Source: an uncultured Candidatus Saccharibacteria bacterium
Lineage (GTDB): Bacteria; Patescibacteriota; Minisyncoccia; Phycocordibacterales; UBA918
Reading direction: 5' to 3'
Length of the DNA stretch: 64,000 nucleotides
Assembly (NCBI GenBank): GCA_964402035.1
Contig: CAYOAM010000003.1
Span: 7,921-71,920 of the forward strand
The first letter of the stretch is position 1; each line of letters begins with the position of its first letter. Of the stretch, positions 38,546 through 48,411 are shown piece after piece. The notes below the pieces were generated by a model. That model was not told the origin of the DNA and did no database searches. It saw only the letters and a program-made list of their open reading frames with translations. The translations under genes were made by a program, and so were the position numbers.

Positions 38546-38684
38546 CCGGCGGTATTGCGGGTGGCGTCTCTACACGGTGCACTTCATAGACGATATGCGA
38601 ACTAACCAGACGCGCATACGCATAATAGCCACCTACGAGTATAACGACGAGTACAAGAACTACAAAAAGAAATTTTCTTACCAT
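38487..38684 (-). CDS. Small TM protein (possibly the N-terminal anchor of the cyt-b5 protein separated by a frameshift)
   Basis: The TM helix MVRKFLFVVLVLVVILVGG is followed by a Pro-rich tail. It overlaps the cyt-b5 ORF by 58 nt in another frame. Confidence 0.3.
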   Translation of the reverse strand: MVRKFLFVVLVLVVILVGGYYAYARLVSSHIVYEVHRVETPPAIPPVARNGQKYCYYIANNAKSC

Positions 38685-38747
38685 AGATACACGATTGTTA
38701 CGTGTGTACAAATACGTTACCACTCGCATATACTTCGAACAACATCA

Positions 38748-39188
38748 CTAATCCAACATGAGCGGTTTTACTGGTGTCAGTATCGCTTCGGGATCAATGT
38801 TCCATCGGTCGGATACATCGGCATAGAGTTCGAGCTCATTACCATCAGGATCAAGTACATATATGGAGTGCGTTATAGTGTGATCCGCTGTACCCACAAT
38901 CGTCACTCCTTTTGCTATCAATTCCTTATAGGTGCGCACAATATCTTCATGCGTATTCCCAACCTTAAGTCCAATATGATAGAGTCCCGGTGTAGGATAC
39001 GGGCGCTCTGGCACGACGCCATCAATCTCAATAAGCAGCAATTCATGATGCGTACGTCCCGATGAGAAAAGAGCCATACCGGACCTTCGTGCAATTTCCC
39101 TGAATCCAAGTGTGTCACGATAAAAATCTGCAGCACGTACAAGATTGGTAACATATAGGACCACGTGACCCAACTCTTTTATTTCCAT
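38748..39188 (-). CDS. VOC family protein (glyoxalase/bleomycin-resistance/extradiol dioxygenase fold)
   Basis: MEIKELGHVVLYVTNLVRAADFYRDTLGF…HHELLLIE…LYHIGLKV. Two beta-alpha-beta-beta-beta modules are present. Confidence 0.8.
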   Translation of the reverse strand: MEIKELGHVVLYVTNLVRAADFYRDTLGFREIARRSGMALFSSGRTHHELLLIEIDGVVPERPYPTPGLYHIGLKVGNTHEDIVRTYKELIAKGVTIVGTADHTITHSIYVLDPDGNELELYADVSDRWNIDPEAILTPVKPLMLD

Positions 39189-39248
39189 TCACTGATCGTA
39201 TCAGATAATCAGTAGCGGCACGACTTGTTTTGCGCTACAGTACGATAT

Positions 39249-39836
39249 ATGAAGAAAGACACGCAGAAAGCTCCTGCTCTCTACACCATCCACGTACGGT
39301 CAGGTGTTGTGATCTTAGCACCCTCTGTGAATCGAATAGATACCATCACGTACGGCTTCTACGTATCACCGTTTGGCAGATGTGCTATAGGTGTAACAAA
39401 ATTCGGCATATGCATGCTCACGTTTTCAAAGTCACTTTCTGGTTCAAAAATCAAACAGCAGCTTCGTGCAACTTGGGGGGACGTAACAATGACTCACGAT
39501 GACAAAAGGATTATGCATATCGGACGATCCATATTCAACTCTCATCCACCTCAAAAACCGGTAGCGCTCCTTGTACACGGCACACCATTTCAAGTACAAG
39601 TATGGAGCGCACTATGTGGTGTACTTCTAGGATCAACAACAAGCTACATTGCTATCGCAAAAGCGATAAGGAACGGACGTGCATACCGCGCAGTCGGCAG
39701 TGCGTGTGGAAAAAATCGTATCGGCTTTCTCATTCCCTGCCACCGTGTACTCGCTTCCGACGGATCATTGGGAGGATTTGGTTGGGGACTCCCGCTTAAG
39801 AAAAAGATGCTCAATTGGGAGCAAGCGAACACCTAA
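39249..39836 (+). CDS. ogt: Methylated-DNA--protein-cysteine methyltransferase (Ogt/MGMT)
   Basis: PCHRV active-site motif (…IPCHRVLASDGSLGGFGWGL…). N-terminal Ada-like domain. Confidence 0.85.
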   Translation: MKKDTQKAPALYTIHVRSGVVILAPSVNRIDTITYGFYVSPFGRCAIGVTKFGICMLTFSKSLSGSKIKQQLRATWGDVTMTHDDKRIMHIGRSIFNSHPPQKPVALLVHGTPFQVQVWSALCGVLLGSTTSYIAIAKAIRNGRAYRAVGSACGKNRIGFLIPCHRVLASDGSLGGFGWGLPLKKKMLNWEQANT

Positions 39837-39845
39837 ACAGGAACG

Positions 39846-39887
39846 AAAAAGCCGAGCACCTCTTTTTGAGGTGCTCGGCTTTTTTTT
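39846..39887. terminator. Bidirectional Rho-independent terminator
   Basis: aaaaagccgagcacctc-tttttg-aggtgctcggcttttttt. Confidence 0.8.
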
Positions 39888-39893
39888 GCGCCA

Positions 39894-40427
39894 CTAGATT
39901 GCCATTGATCCGGCTTCATCACCACCAAGTTTTTCATCAGCTGGAAGCGACTCTTTGCAACTCGTCTTTACGGTATTCTTGAATGTATCCCATGCAGACT
40001 TTCGAGCGTCCTTGAAGACTTTAAAACCGTCACGATGGGTCTTCTTCCATGTTTCCCATGCACTTCGTATTGCCTTCCCCCGATCAGTACTGGAGCTCAT
40101 ACCCCATGCGGTATTGAGCGCTGTCTTTCGTGCAGCAAGCCCAGCGTCGATGTCATCATGAAAATCGCCGAATGCTGTACCGAGTGCGGTCTCTCGAACC
40201 TCAACAGCAGCCTGCATACATGAAGCATTAACATTTTTTGCACCCTTCCGTTTATTAAACTTACGTATTTCTGCAGTAGTACTGCTGTGTCCTCTACGAA
40301 TCTCTGATGTACTACTTGCAGTAGAACCGCGCGATTCACTGCGCGCAAACGCTGGCAACGCAACAGCAAAAACAAAACACAACACTGCAAACACCACTAA
40401 ACCTTGGACATGTATTCTCTGTACCAT
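39894..40427 (-). CDS. Secreted helical hypothetical protein
   Basis: Signal peptide. Repeated W…K helical segments (AWETWKKTHRDGFKVFKDARKSAWDTFKNT). Confidence 0.5.
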   Translation of the reverse strand: MVQRIHVQGLVVFAVLCFVFAVALPAFARSESRGSTASSTSEIRRGHSSTTAEIRKFNKRKGAKNVNASCMQAAVEVRETALGTAFGDFHDDIDAGLAARKTALNTAWGMSSSTDRGKAIRSAWETWKKTHRDGFKVFKDARKSAWDTFKNTVKTSCKESLPADEKLGGDEAGSMAI

Positions 40428-40536
40428 ACTCGTATAAATGTTAACCTAATCTACTACTATAGGATAACTGTATCACAGCAAGGGCTTTGTTCCAGAACTA
40501 ACTAACACCAATTGCGATCATCAGCACATCATTTGT

Positions 40537-41433
40537 TTATGGTGCTGCAAAATAGTTGAACAACGCCGTAACGCCCGCAAGATTCTTTTCCCATTCGATG
40601 GTTTCATGGGTCTTGAGTTCAACGGTGATCGCGGGGATACCGATCGACGCAAGCCATCCTTCTGCGTCCCCGGTGATTGGATAGGCATCAAAGGTATCTA
40701 CAGACGGATACCCAGCAGCATCCGCATATGCGTTCATGATATCGAGCGTTTGTGGCAAGATACCGTTTTCACACTCCGATGCATATACGGCATTTGCTTG
40801 GCTATGCCAAAAGACCACTGCGACCGCGTTCTGTTTGAGCACAACATCACGCAAAGCCGCAGACTCGGGCTCTGAAAATGCAGCCGTACCCGCACTAACT
40901 TCGGTACCACGCCACATACTTTTTGGCTGCCACTTACAATCAAAATTCCGATTGAGATCTACCCCGTGTGCATTAAATCGACCAGGTGCCGCAGTAGCGC
41001 CTTTGGGTACATCAACAAGTGCAAATCGCCCCTCTTTCCCAACCACTTTAAATACACCATCAGGATTTATCGAGGGAATCACAGTAACACTGAGCGTACT
41101 CTGTATAACGTCAGGATTTTCAGTCAGATAATCCATAAACTGATACGCGAGGAGGACACTATTCCATTCGTACCCCCCGTGCATACCACCAACAAAGAGC
41201 AGGCGCTTTTCTCCCGTGCCATAGGTATAGGATTCGATCGATCGACCTTCAACCGAAGTACCAATCACTGTTCGTTCTGGAACATCGACCACAGGTGGTG
41301 CTTGTATCACTACCTCATCTGAAACAGGGTTAGGGACGCGTTCGGTTTGTGAACGATAGATGAAGACGCCAACAGCCGCCAATAGTACAAAGAGTACTGT
41401 CCCAACAATAATCTGCTTTTTGTAGAAACTCAT
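40537..41433 (-). CDS. M14-family zinc carboxypeptidase (gamma-D-Glu-Dap / succinylglutamate-desuccinylase-like), membrane-anchored
   Basis: Motifs LLFVGGMHGGYEWNS (HxxE zinc ligands), …INPDG…, …DLNRNF…. N-terminal TM. Confidence 0.75.
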   Translation of the reverse strand: MSFYKKQIIVGTVLFVLLAAVGVFIYRSQTERVPNPVSDEVVIQAPPVVDVPERTVIGTSVEGRSIESYTYGTGEKRLLFVGGMHGGYEWNSVLLAYQFMDYLTENPDVIQSTLSVTVIPSINPDGVFKVVGKEGRFALVDVPKGATAAPGRFNAHGVDLNRNFDCKWQPKSMWRGTEVSAGTAAFSEPESAALRDVVLKQNAVAVVFWHSQANAVYASECENGILPQTLDIMNAYADAAGYPSVDTFDAYPITGDAEGWLASIGIPAITVELKTHETIEWEKNLAGVTALFNYFAAP

Positions 41434-42350
41434 TAGTTTGCGTAGTGCGCAAGTAGTGCATCAATACCCGCCTTGTTCTTTTCCCATTCAGTATCAGTAT
41501 GATTGGTTAGCAACACGCTTATAGCAGGAATCTTTTTCTTTGCGAGCCAATTGACCATATCTCCGGTAATCTCGTATGCATCAAACTCTCTATGCGCTGA
41601 ATATTTGGACGCACTCGCAAATGTATTCATGATCGTCGTCGTTTCGGCCAAGATTCCATCCGTGCACTTTGATGCATACACACCACCTGCGGCACTAAAC
41701 CATACGACAGCAGCAGCGGGCGTATGTGCTTCAACATAACCCTTCAATGCCTGACTTTCTGGCTCAGAAAATACTGCACTTCCTCCACTCACCGTCTTAT
41801 TTTGCCACGTACCCGTTGACTTCCAATCACAATCGAAGTTGCGGTTGATATCAACCATGTGCGCGTTGAAGCGACCAGCTGTTGCCTTTTCTGCAGACGT
41901 TGAAACATCCGCTTTTGTAAACCGATCCGATGCATCGACTACCTTATTGAGACCGTCAGGATTTAATACCGGAATAACGGTTACACGCACATCCTTTGGT
42001 ACGGCATCAGGTTTTCCCTTAAGATAATCCATTAGTTCGTACGCAACCAATGTCGTGTTCCAGCTGTAGCCTCCATGCACACCACCGATGAACAACACTT
42101 CAGTATCGCCCGCTCCGTAGTGATATGCTGTAATATCCTTTCCTTCCACTGACTTTCCTATAACCGTTTTTGTTTTATCAGTAACAGGCGTTACTAGTGG
42201 TGGATTTTTTGTCGTCGTTGCGACCGGAGTCGCTGGCACTACCGGCGTCGGACTTGGCGTATCAACAGTTGTTGATGAACCCTGCATCAAGAAATACGCA
42301 CCGGCACCGACAATAATAAGGGCGACGAGTACAATGATTGATGTTTTCAT
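41433..42350 (-). CDS. M14-family zinc carboxypeptidase, tandem paralog
   Basis: VLFIGGVHGGYSWNT, LNPDG, DINRNF. N-terminal TM plus a Thr/Pro linker. Its stop overlaps the start of the downstream paralog. Confidence 0.75.
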   Translation of the reverse strand: MKTSIIVLVALIIVGAGAYFLMQGSSTTVDTPSPTPVVPATPVATTTKNPPLVTPVTDKTKTVIGKSVEGKDITAYHYGAGDTEVLFIGGVHGGYSWNTTLVAYELMDYLKGKPDAVPKDVRVTVIPVLNPDGLNKVVDASDRFTKADVSTSAEKATAGRFNAHMVDINRNFDCDWKSTGTWQNKTVSGGSAVFSEPESQALKGYVEAHTPAAAVVWFSAAGGVYASKCTDGILAETTTIMNTFASASKYSAHREFDAYEITGDMVNWLAKKKIPAISVLLTNHTDTEWEKNKAGIDALLAHYAN

Positions 42351-42417
42351 ATAGTGTATTTTACCACAAAAAATAATATCCGATATCTATGCTCTATAAC
42401 GGTACATGCTGACAAGT

Positions 42418-42963
42418 CTACAGGCCATTGAGCCCCTTTGGATAATGGCGTTGCATGTACAACACCCGCAACTTTTCGAGGCCCCGATGCGCTTGAACGG
42501 TAACTGCATTTTTTGTCTGCCCAGTGAGTTGTGAAATCTCCTTGAGCGACAATCCCTGCACATACCGCATCCGTAGCACCTTTTGATATAACACCGGGAG
42601 TTCCAATATCAACGCCATAACCTGTTCTCCATCTATTATGTTTATCTGACGATCTCCGTCTTCGTTACTTTTCACTTCAAAACCTTTTTCAAAAAGTGTA
42701 TCGAGCGATACAATCTTTGGCTTTCGGTACCCATCAACGATGAGTGCCTTGAGGATATGAAAGAGAAATGCCTTCATAAGATGAACCTTTCCCCCCTTCA
42801 GCATGTATGTCCATGTCTTGAGAAAAGTATTCTGCATTAAATCATTTGCAACCTCACTATCATGAGTTTTCCGTGTTGCGTAGCTCTTCAAGCTCTCACT
42901 AAACTCCTCATATCCTGTAGAGAGGATGACGCGTTGCCGATTCTGCTGTTTGAGGTTGATCAT
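42418..42963 (-). CDS. RNA polymerase sigma-70 factor, ECF subfamily
   Basis: Region 2 (…VANDLMQNTFLKTWTYM…) and region 4 HTH (…LSLKEISQLTGQTKNAVTVQAHRGLEKLR). The start was taken at the internal Met MINLKQQ. Confidence 0.75.
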   Translation of the reverse strand: MINLKQQNRQRVILSTGYEEFSESLKSYATRKTHDSEVANDLMQNTFLKTWTYMLKGGKVHLMKAFLFHILKALIVDGYRKPKIVSLDTLFEKGFEVKSNEDGDRQINIIDGEQVMALILELPVLYQKVLRMRYVQGLSLKEISQLTGQTKNAVTVQAHRGLEKLRVLYMQRHYPKGLNGL

Positions 42964-43242
42964 ACAATGATGTCGTTTGCCCTGCAGTATTATTACAGGC
43001 ACATTACCCAACCTTTGCTAGTGCTATAGTTTAAGCCAAAAAATGTATGGTGGGGTCCACCATAATCTTACGCTCATATTACAATCCACAAGCTATTTCT
43101 GATTAGTATTATATCACAATTTGAACATTTTTTGAAGATATCACGCCAAAAACAAAGGCAGGAAAACAACGGACTTGTGTAATCGTTGACGACCCTGTAC
43201 GGCTTATAGAGGACACACAACTTTGTCAGTAACTAATACTAT

Positions 43243-43494
43243 ATGGGAATCATACTGTGGATCGTTTTTGGAGCAATTGTTGGTTGGATAGCGTCGATCA
43301 TCATGAAGACAGACTCCCAACAGGGCGCGGTACTTAATATAGCCGTTGGTATCGTTGGCGCTATGCTCGGAGGATGGCTCATGAGCTTCTTTGGGCAAAA
43401 TGGTGTCACTGGTTTCAACGTGTATAGTTTCATCGTTGCGCTCGTTGGAGCAGTCGTACTGATCTCACTACTCAAATTTGTCCGAAGAGCGTAG
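43243..43494 (+). CDS. GlsB/YeaQ/YmgE family stress-response membrane protein (transglycosylase-associated protein family)
   Basis: MGIILWIVFGAIVGWIASIIMK…NIAVGIVGAMLGGWLMSFFG. Confidence 0.8.
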   Translation: MGIILWIVFGAIVGWIASIIMKTDSQQGAVLNIAVGIVGAMLGGWLMSFFGQNGVTGFNVYSFIVALVGAVVLISLLKFVRRA

Positions 43495-43535
43495 GACCAC
43501 CGAAAATCTTTTTTTGATTACCAATTGATAACGTA

Positions 43536-43751
43536 TTGATTATGACCACTATCATCAACGGACCGGGAGAGCGATCGAGTGACGAAGGTATGGGAATTGG
43601 ACTTATCCTGGGCATTCTTATGACAGCTCTCTTTGCGACCTTATTCTTTTTCTATGGCTTACCGATGCTTCGGAACACAAACGCGACACCACAGTCACCA
43701 CAAACCATCGAAATCAAGATTCCAACACCTACCCCTTCGCCACAAAACTAG
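43536..43751 (+). CDS. Small membrane protein
   Basis: One TM (GIGLILGILMTALFATLFFFYGL) and a Pro/Thr tail. Confidence 0.4.
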   Translation: MIMTTIINGPGERSSDEGMGIGLILGILMTALFATLFFFYGLPMLRNTNATPQSPQTIEIKIPTPTPSPQN

Positions 43752-43884
43752 CACATACAACAAAGACCTATCTTGACCGTGTTGTGAAGTCTCCTTTGGC
43801 CGTTCGAAATGCATACGATAGCGTTCAGACGACACAAGCTTCGATGTATAGACGTATGCACAGGATCAATCGCAATCACCATCT

Positions 43885-44448
43885 GTGAAAAAAAATCAAA
43901 AACAAAAAACAGAAAAAGCACCGATTGATGCGGATTTTTTTGGAAAATTGTGGGATCAGAGCTGGATATATATTAGAACCGTGGTAGATGTGGTGCGTGA
44001 ACCGGTACTCATACTCGACAAGAATTTCTGTGTACTTGCAGCCAACGATCCGTTCTACCGAACATTTCAAGTAGACAAAAAGGATACCGAGGGGACCATG
44101 GTTTACAAACTTGGAAACGGGCAGTGGGACATCCCCGCCTTACGAGAACTGCTCGAAGAAATACTACCCCATAATACATTTTTCAACGGATTTGAAGTCA
44201 CGCACGTATTTCCTTCGATTGGAAGAAAAGTGATGATGCTCAATGCTCGTCAGATACACTATGACAAAGACCAAAAAGCTCAACATCTCCCTCCCATCAT
44301 CCTCCTTGCGATAGAAGATGTGACCGAAATGGTGAGCGTGGCTACTTCACTAGCGCACCAAGTCAACCAATTTGAAAAAATGTTTGACGAGCGAACTCAA
44401 AAATTGGAAGTGCAGGTCGCGATGCTTCAAAAGCAACTAAAAAAATAA
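43885..44448 (+). CDS. PAS-like sensor domain protein with a C-terminal coiled coil
   Basis: PAS-like core (…REPVLILDKNFCVLAANDPFYRTFQV…) and a coiled-coil tail. No output domain. Confidence 0.5.
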   Translation: MKKNQKQKTEKAPIDADFFGKLWDQSWIYIRTVVDVVREPVLILDKNFCVLAANDPFYRTFQVDKKDTEGTMVYKLGNGQWDIPALRELLEEILPHNTFFNGFEVTHVFPSIGRKVMMLNARQIHYDKDQKAQHLPPIILLAIEDVTEMVSVATSLAHQVNQFEKMFDERTQKLEVQVAMLQKQLKK

Positions 44449-44458
44449 AACAGCTTTC

Positions 44459-44839
44459 ATGAAAACACATCATGTACTTCTCGGCTTACTTATTGTCGCT
44501 GTGTTCGCTGTCGGTCTGGCAGTCGGGCAATCACGAATAGTCCGCACCACTATCGTTGAGACTGCCAAACCTGCAGCATCAAGCGAAACGACTTCCGTGG
44601 TTTCAAACGAAACCTCCACCACTTCAAAATCGGAAGACAAAGCAGCAGAGGTCACCGCAGGTATGACTCCCGAACAAAAGAGCATGTTACAAGGGTTAGG
44701 TATTGATATCAGTAAGATCACTCCCACGATGATTGCCTGCGCTGAAACTAGTCTTGGGGCCGCTCGTGTCGCAGAAGTAAAAAACGGCGCTTCTCTGTCT
44801 CTCACTGAAAAAGTGAAGCTTGTCGCCTGCTACAAGTAG
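44459..44839 (+). CDS. Small secreted/anchored protein, paralog of 9158-9565
   Basis: N-terminal TM and a Ser/Thr-rich linker. Conserved C-terminal block QKSMLQGLGIDISKITPTMIACAETSLGAARVAEV…C. Confidence 0.6.
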   Translation: MKTHHVLLGLLIVAVFAVGLAVGQSRIVRTTIVETAKPAASSETTSVVSNETSTTSKSEDKAAEVTAGMTPEQKSMLQGLGIDISKITPTMIACAETSLGAARVAEVKNGASLSLTEKVKLVACYK

Positions 44840-44863
44840 TACAGCTCGTACCGCAAGGTACTG

Positions 44864-45304
44864 TTATGTTTTTCTAAAAATGGGATGTGACGGTATATAT
44901 TTTTTTGGTTTCTTGAGATAGCGCATATAGTTTTCAGGAATTTTATTGATTGATTGCCCGGCAACACTGATAAAATCCACTGCACCCATTAGTTTTGCTC
45001 GACGCACTTTATTTTCTTCAAAAAAGTTCGTGAGCACGATGATCGGAATATCGCGCGTGCGTGGATCCAACTTGAGCGCATCGATGGCATCAAAACCATC
45101 ACGCTCGGTCGCCGAGCTATTGATCCCCATCATCAGATCCATCGAAATGATCTGAGGCTTTAGATCGCATACTTCTTCTACAAAAAAACCGTCAGCGTTG
45201 TTAAGCAACGCAACGTCAAAACCTGCCTGCTCAAAAGCAGTGCGGTACAGCACATGATTTTGCATATCGTCTTCGACAATCAGTATTTTTGGTTTCCGCT
45301 TCAT
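44864..45304 (-). CDS. Stand-alone response-regulator receiver (CheY-like)
   Basis: KILIVEDD…ISMDLMM (phospho-acceptor Asp)…IIVLTN…K. No output domain. Confidence 0.8.
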   Translation of the reverse strand: MKRKPKILIVEDDMQNHVLYRTAFEQAGFDVALLNNADGFFVEEVCDLKPQIISMDLMMGINSSATERDGFDAIDALKLDPRTRDIPIIVLTNFFEENKVRRAKLMGAVDFISVAGQSINKIPENYMRYLKKPKKYIPSHPIFRKT

Positions 45305-45393
45305 AGATACATGGTACTCTTACCACCAAGAACCGCAACCGATCCTACCTTTGACCATACATCGGAAATGATGAAGCGACATAACCGTGCTTC

Positions 45394-46299
45394 TTACCCT
45401 GCCTCGTACGCAGCTTTAAGTGTAGCCATATCAAACTTCTTCATCTTAAGAAATGCTTGTGTGACCCGCGCGATCTTTGCTGTATCGCCACTTGTCATCA
45501 TGTCGGTCATAATACTGGGAACAATCTGCCATGATACTCCGTACTGATCTTTGAGCCAGCCACACTGCTCTGCTTCTGGTACCGCAGACAATTTCTCCCA
45601 GTAGTAGTCGATCTCTTCTTGGGTGTCACAGTTGACAACAAATGACACCGCCTCATTGAAGTCAAAATCATGCTTCCCTCCGCCATCCATCGCGGCAAAC
45701 CACCTATCGTACAATCTAAAATCGGTGAACATGACGTCGCCTTCCTTATTTGGTTCCATGCCTGCGGGATATTTGGCAATCAGACCACGCTTTGAATCTT
45801 TGAATACGGAGAGATAAAAGTCAGATGCTGCTTCCGCCTTGCCGCACTTGTCGCCCACAAAAAGTAACGCTGGGATGATCGGGGGGCGTTCTTCACCCTC
45901 GGGTTTCGTGTATATAAGTTGCCATGAAAGTCCGTACTTGTCTTCTATCCATCCATAGCGCTCACTAAAAGGATAGGAGTCGAGAGGCATCAAAACCTTG
46001 CCTCCATCTAGAAGTTTCTCCCACACCTCATCAATCCTTTTCCGCGCATCGCTATCATGTGACGGGTCAAAATTGACCATAAACGAGGCCGACGGATTGA
46101 ATCTAAAATATGGTCCGGCACTGATCGCCATAAACGACACACCCATGAGCTCAAACGAAACCAGGTCGCAGTCACCAGATGGCGTATCAGTAATAGTGGT
46201 GCTATGAGTCACTTTCGAATTTGGAAAGAGGGATGTGTAAAAAGCGGTGGCTTCTTTTGCTTCCATATCGAACCAAAGATGTGGAATTATTTTTTGCAT
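45394..46299 (-). CDS. Tandem VOC / PhnB-like (3-demethylubiquinone-9 3-methyltransferase-like) domain protein
   Basis: Two copies of the PhnB-like module (MQKIIPHLWFDMEAKEATAFYTSLFPNS… and …EDKYGLSWQL… / …KDQYGVSWQI…). Confidence 0.7.
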   Translation of the reverse strand: MQKIIPHLWFDMEAKEATAFYTSLFPNSKVTHSTTITDTPSGDCDLVSFELMGVSFMAISAGPYFRFNPSASFMVNFDPSHDSDARKRIDEVWEKLLDGGKVLMPLDSYPFSERYGWIEDKYGLSWQLIYTKPEGEERPPIIPALLFVGDKCGKAEAASDFYLSVFKDSKRGLIAKYPAGMEPNKEGDVMFTDFRLYDRWFAAMDGGGKHDFDFNEAVSFVVNCDTQEEIDYYWEKLSAVPEAEQCGWLKDQYGVSWQIVPSIMTDMMTSGDTAKIARVTQAFLKMKKFDMATLKAAYEAG

Positions 46300-46313
46300 A
46301 TACCAAAGATTGA

Positions 46314-46682
46314 TTACTTTCCGTCGACTTCAGTCACAAACCCACCGTACGCAAATCGCTTCATATCAAATGGCATCGGCATATCTACCTTCCCATACTT
46401 TTCGCTAAAGAATTTCATCACGTTTTTATTGACTTTGTTACGATCGGCCTTTGATTTATACACAATAAAAGAAAACCATGTCTCCTCCCCTTCTTTTGTC
46501 TTTGCCATTTTAGGAAATATGAACGAGACTTTATCTGGGGATACGTCATCAATGCGGCACTCTTTGTAGTCAAGCGCGCCATGTGACATCCAGACCTTTG
46601 ATGCTTCACGTGCAAGTTTTTTATATTCACCTCGTTTCTCTTTTGGTACTGACAGTACAAAACCGTCTACGTATGTCGCCAT
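46314..46682 (-). CDS. DUF1428-like small protein
   Basis: The N-terminus MATYVDGFVLSVPKEKRGEYKKLAREASKVW is typical of this family. Recognised from memory. Confidence 0.55.
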   Translation of the reverse strand: MATYVDGFVLSVPKEKRGEYKKLAREASKVWMSHGALDYKECRIDDVSPDKVSFIFPKMAKTKEGEETWFSFIVYKSKADRNKVNKNVMKFFSEKYGKVDMPMPFDMKRFAYGGFVTEVDGK

Positions 46683-46785
46683 AATGTTTATATTATTTTT
46701 TTATAGGGATAAGTATATCAAAAAAGTTCGGAGGCACGTCGGTATTAGATTCCTGCCTGAAGTATCGATCGTCCCTCATCATTCA

Positions 46786-47184
46786 TTACTTTAATCTTTT
46801 CAGCACTCCTTTTCTTTTGACAATATTTTTGTAGTCCCACTGCACATATACAGACTCCTTGAGCCAACGTCGAACTTTCACTGCATTTACTTTCTTGACG
46901 TTAGTGTACGTCACCGATGCGTCCTTAAACTTGCCCGAACCAGGCACGAGGCCAGCACTCGAGAAACTAGCACCACTCCAAAACATAAGGCGGACGCCGG
47001 CCTTGAGTTTGCTGTAACCAACGATAGGGTTCCCATCGATGAACCACACGGGATGCCTATGCCAGACCTTGCTCTCAGCCTCCGGTAGTTGACGAGAAAT
47101 TACTTGTGCAAGCATGTTGCATATGTCCCCGTCGTCTTTTGAAAGTGCCGCGTGATACGACTGAATATCTTTATGCATATCCAA
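46786..47184 (-). CDS. DUF1801 (YdhG-like) domain protein
   Basis: Family-level resemblance only. Confidence 0.5.
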   Translation of the reverse strand: MDMHKDIQSYHAALSKDDGDICNMLAQVISRQLPEAESKVWHRHPVWFIDGNPIVGYSKLKAGVRLMFWSGASFSSAGLVPGSGKFKDASVTYTNVKKVNAVKVRRWLKESVYVQWDYKNIVKRKGVLKRLK

Positions 47185-47314
47185 AGTATATCAAGTAGCA
47201 CGACGGGGGGTCACAACACACTGGCACATCACCACCGGGATTTTCCACGCCATATCCCACAGTCGGCTCACAAGCTCCCTACATGTACGAGCCGGGATAG
47301 ACAGAAAATCTGTT

Positions 47315-48085
47315 TTAATCAACAAATGCAAGTTGTTTGACTTCAACACCACGCTCCGTCATCTGACCGTACACATGAACTTTTGTTGCCTCTATAAATT
47401 GGTCTGGATTACATACTGCTTTTACATTACCTGCGGACTCACACATACTTTCTGCATCAAAAAAAAGTGGCGCGGAATGCCCAGCTTCGTTATTCTCCGA
47501 AAAAACGATATGCCAATACTGTGGATCAAGTGGTGGAGGGACATTGTTCTTGAGCAAATACCCCTCCATGTCAAAACTAAACTCTCGTGGCGGCGTGGAC
47601 TCGCCCAGAGAACATGCTATGTCATCAATATACCAGCCATCATTGTGTCGCAAGAGCATAATGATAGCCTGCTCCGTTACTCTCGTATCTTTCGCAGTAA
47701 CAAGTACTTGTGTTTTATCAGCAGCTTTAAATACTATCCTGCCCACAATATGCTCGGGCGCCGTCATTTGACACAATACCGGATCAAGACCTCCTACCCC
47801 ATGCCCCGCTGTCTCCGTGAGACGCACGCGGAGTGCCTCACTGAGTATTGGTTGTGCCGTCAATCCTGACTGATATGGATCAGTGCTCGTAGACTTAGCC
47901 ACATCTAGCCATTTTTCATAGAAGTCCAAGACTATGTCCATGGGATCATCGGTTGATACTTCTTGATTGATAGTCACTTGCTCTACGTTTGGTGCTCGGT
48001 AAAATTTCTGAAAAATGAATCCTGCAATAGCAACAAGCACAATGAGTCCTAATATCCCCGCGATGATATATCTTTTATTTTCCAT
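47315..48085 (-). CDS. Membrane-anchored hypothetical protein
   Basis: N-terminal TM. No recognisable domain. Confidence 0.5.
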   Translation of the reverse strand: MENKRYIIAGILGLIVLVAIAGFIFQKFYRAPNVEQVTINQEVSTDDPMDIVLDFYEKWLDVAKSTSTDPYQSGLTAQPILSEALRVRLTETAGHGVGGLDPVLCQMTAPEHIVGRIVFKAADKTQVLVTAKDTRVTEQAIIMLLRHNDGWYIDDIACSLGESTPPREFSFDMEGYLLKNNVPPPLDPQYWHIVFSENNEAGHSAPLFFDAESMCESAGNVKAVCNPDQFIEATKVHVYGQMTERGVEVKQLAFVD

Positions 48086-48411
48086 GTGTATGTGACGGTT
48101 ACATCGTGCTCAGTTGGAGACCACTCATCTACATGAGATCACTTAACAACACAATGCGAAGCGCTACTATAGCCGTGTAGTATAGCACTTTTGTTACAAG
48201 GGGTCCTGGGACACGTCCTGAGTATATGTGTTACTAGAGGTCTGGCGTTATGTCCGACCGCTACGGTTCATCTTTCTGCCTTATGTCTTATGTAGTGGTT
48301 TGTGAGATTGAGGAAATTGAGGAAACTCTCTTTTCCCTGTAATTTCTTTGAGACTACAACGGCTTTGAGATACAGGTCGGTGTGTGTATTCATCTGTAAA
48401 CCCCAAACAAT

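Noticed and set aside
43011-43243. Possible tRNA or sRNA in the 230-bp gap upstream of the GlsB-family gene
   Set aside because: No cloverleaf could be folded. The region is AT-rich with promoter-like hexamers only.
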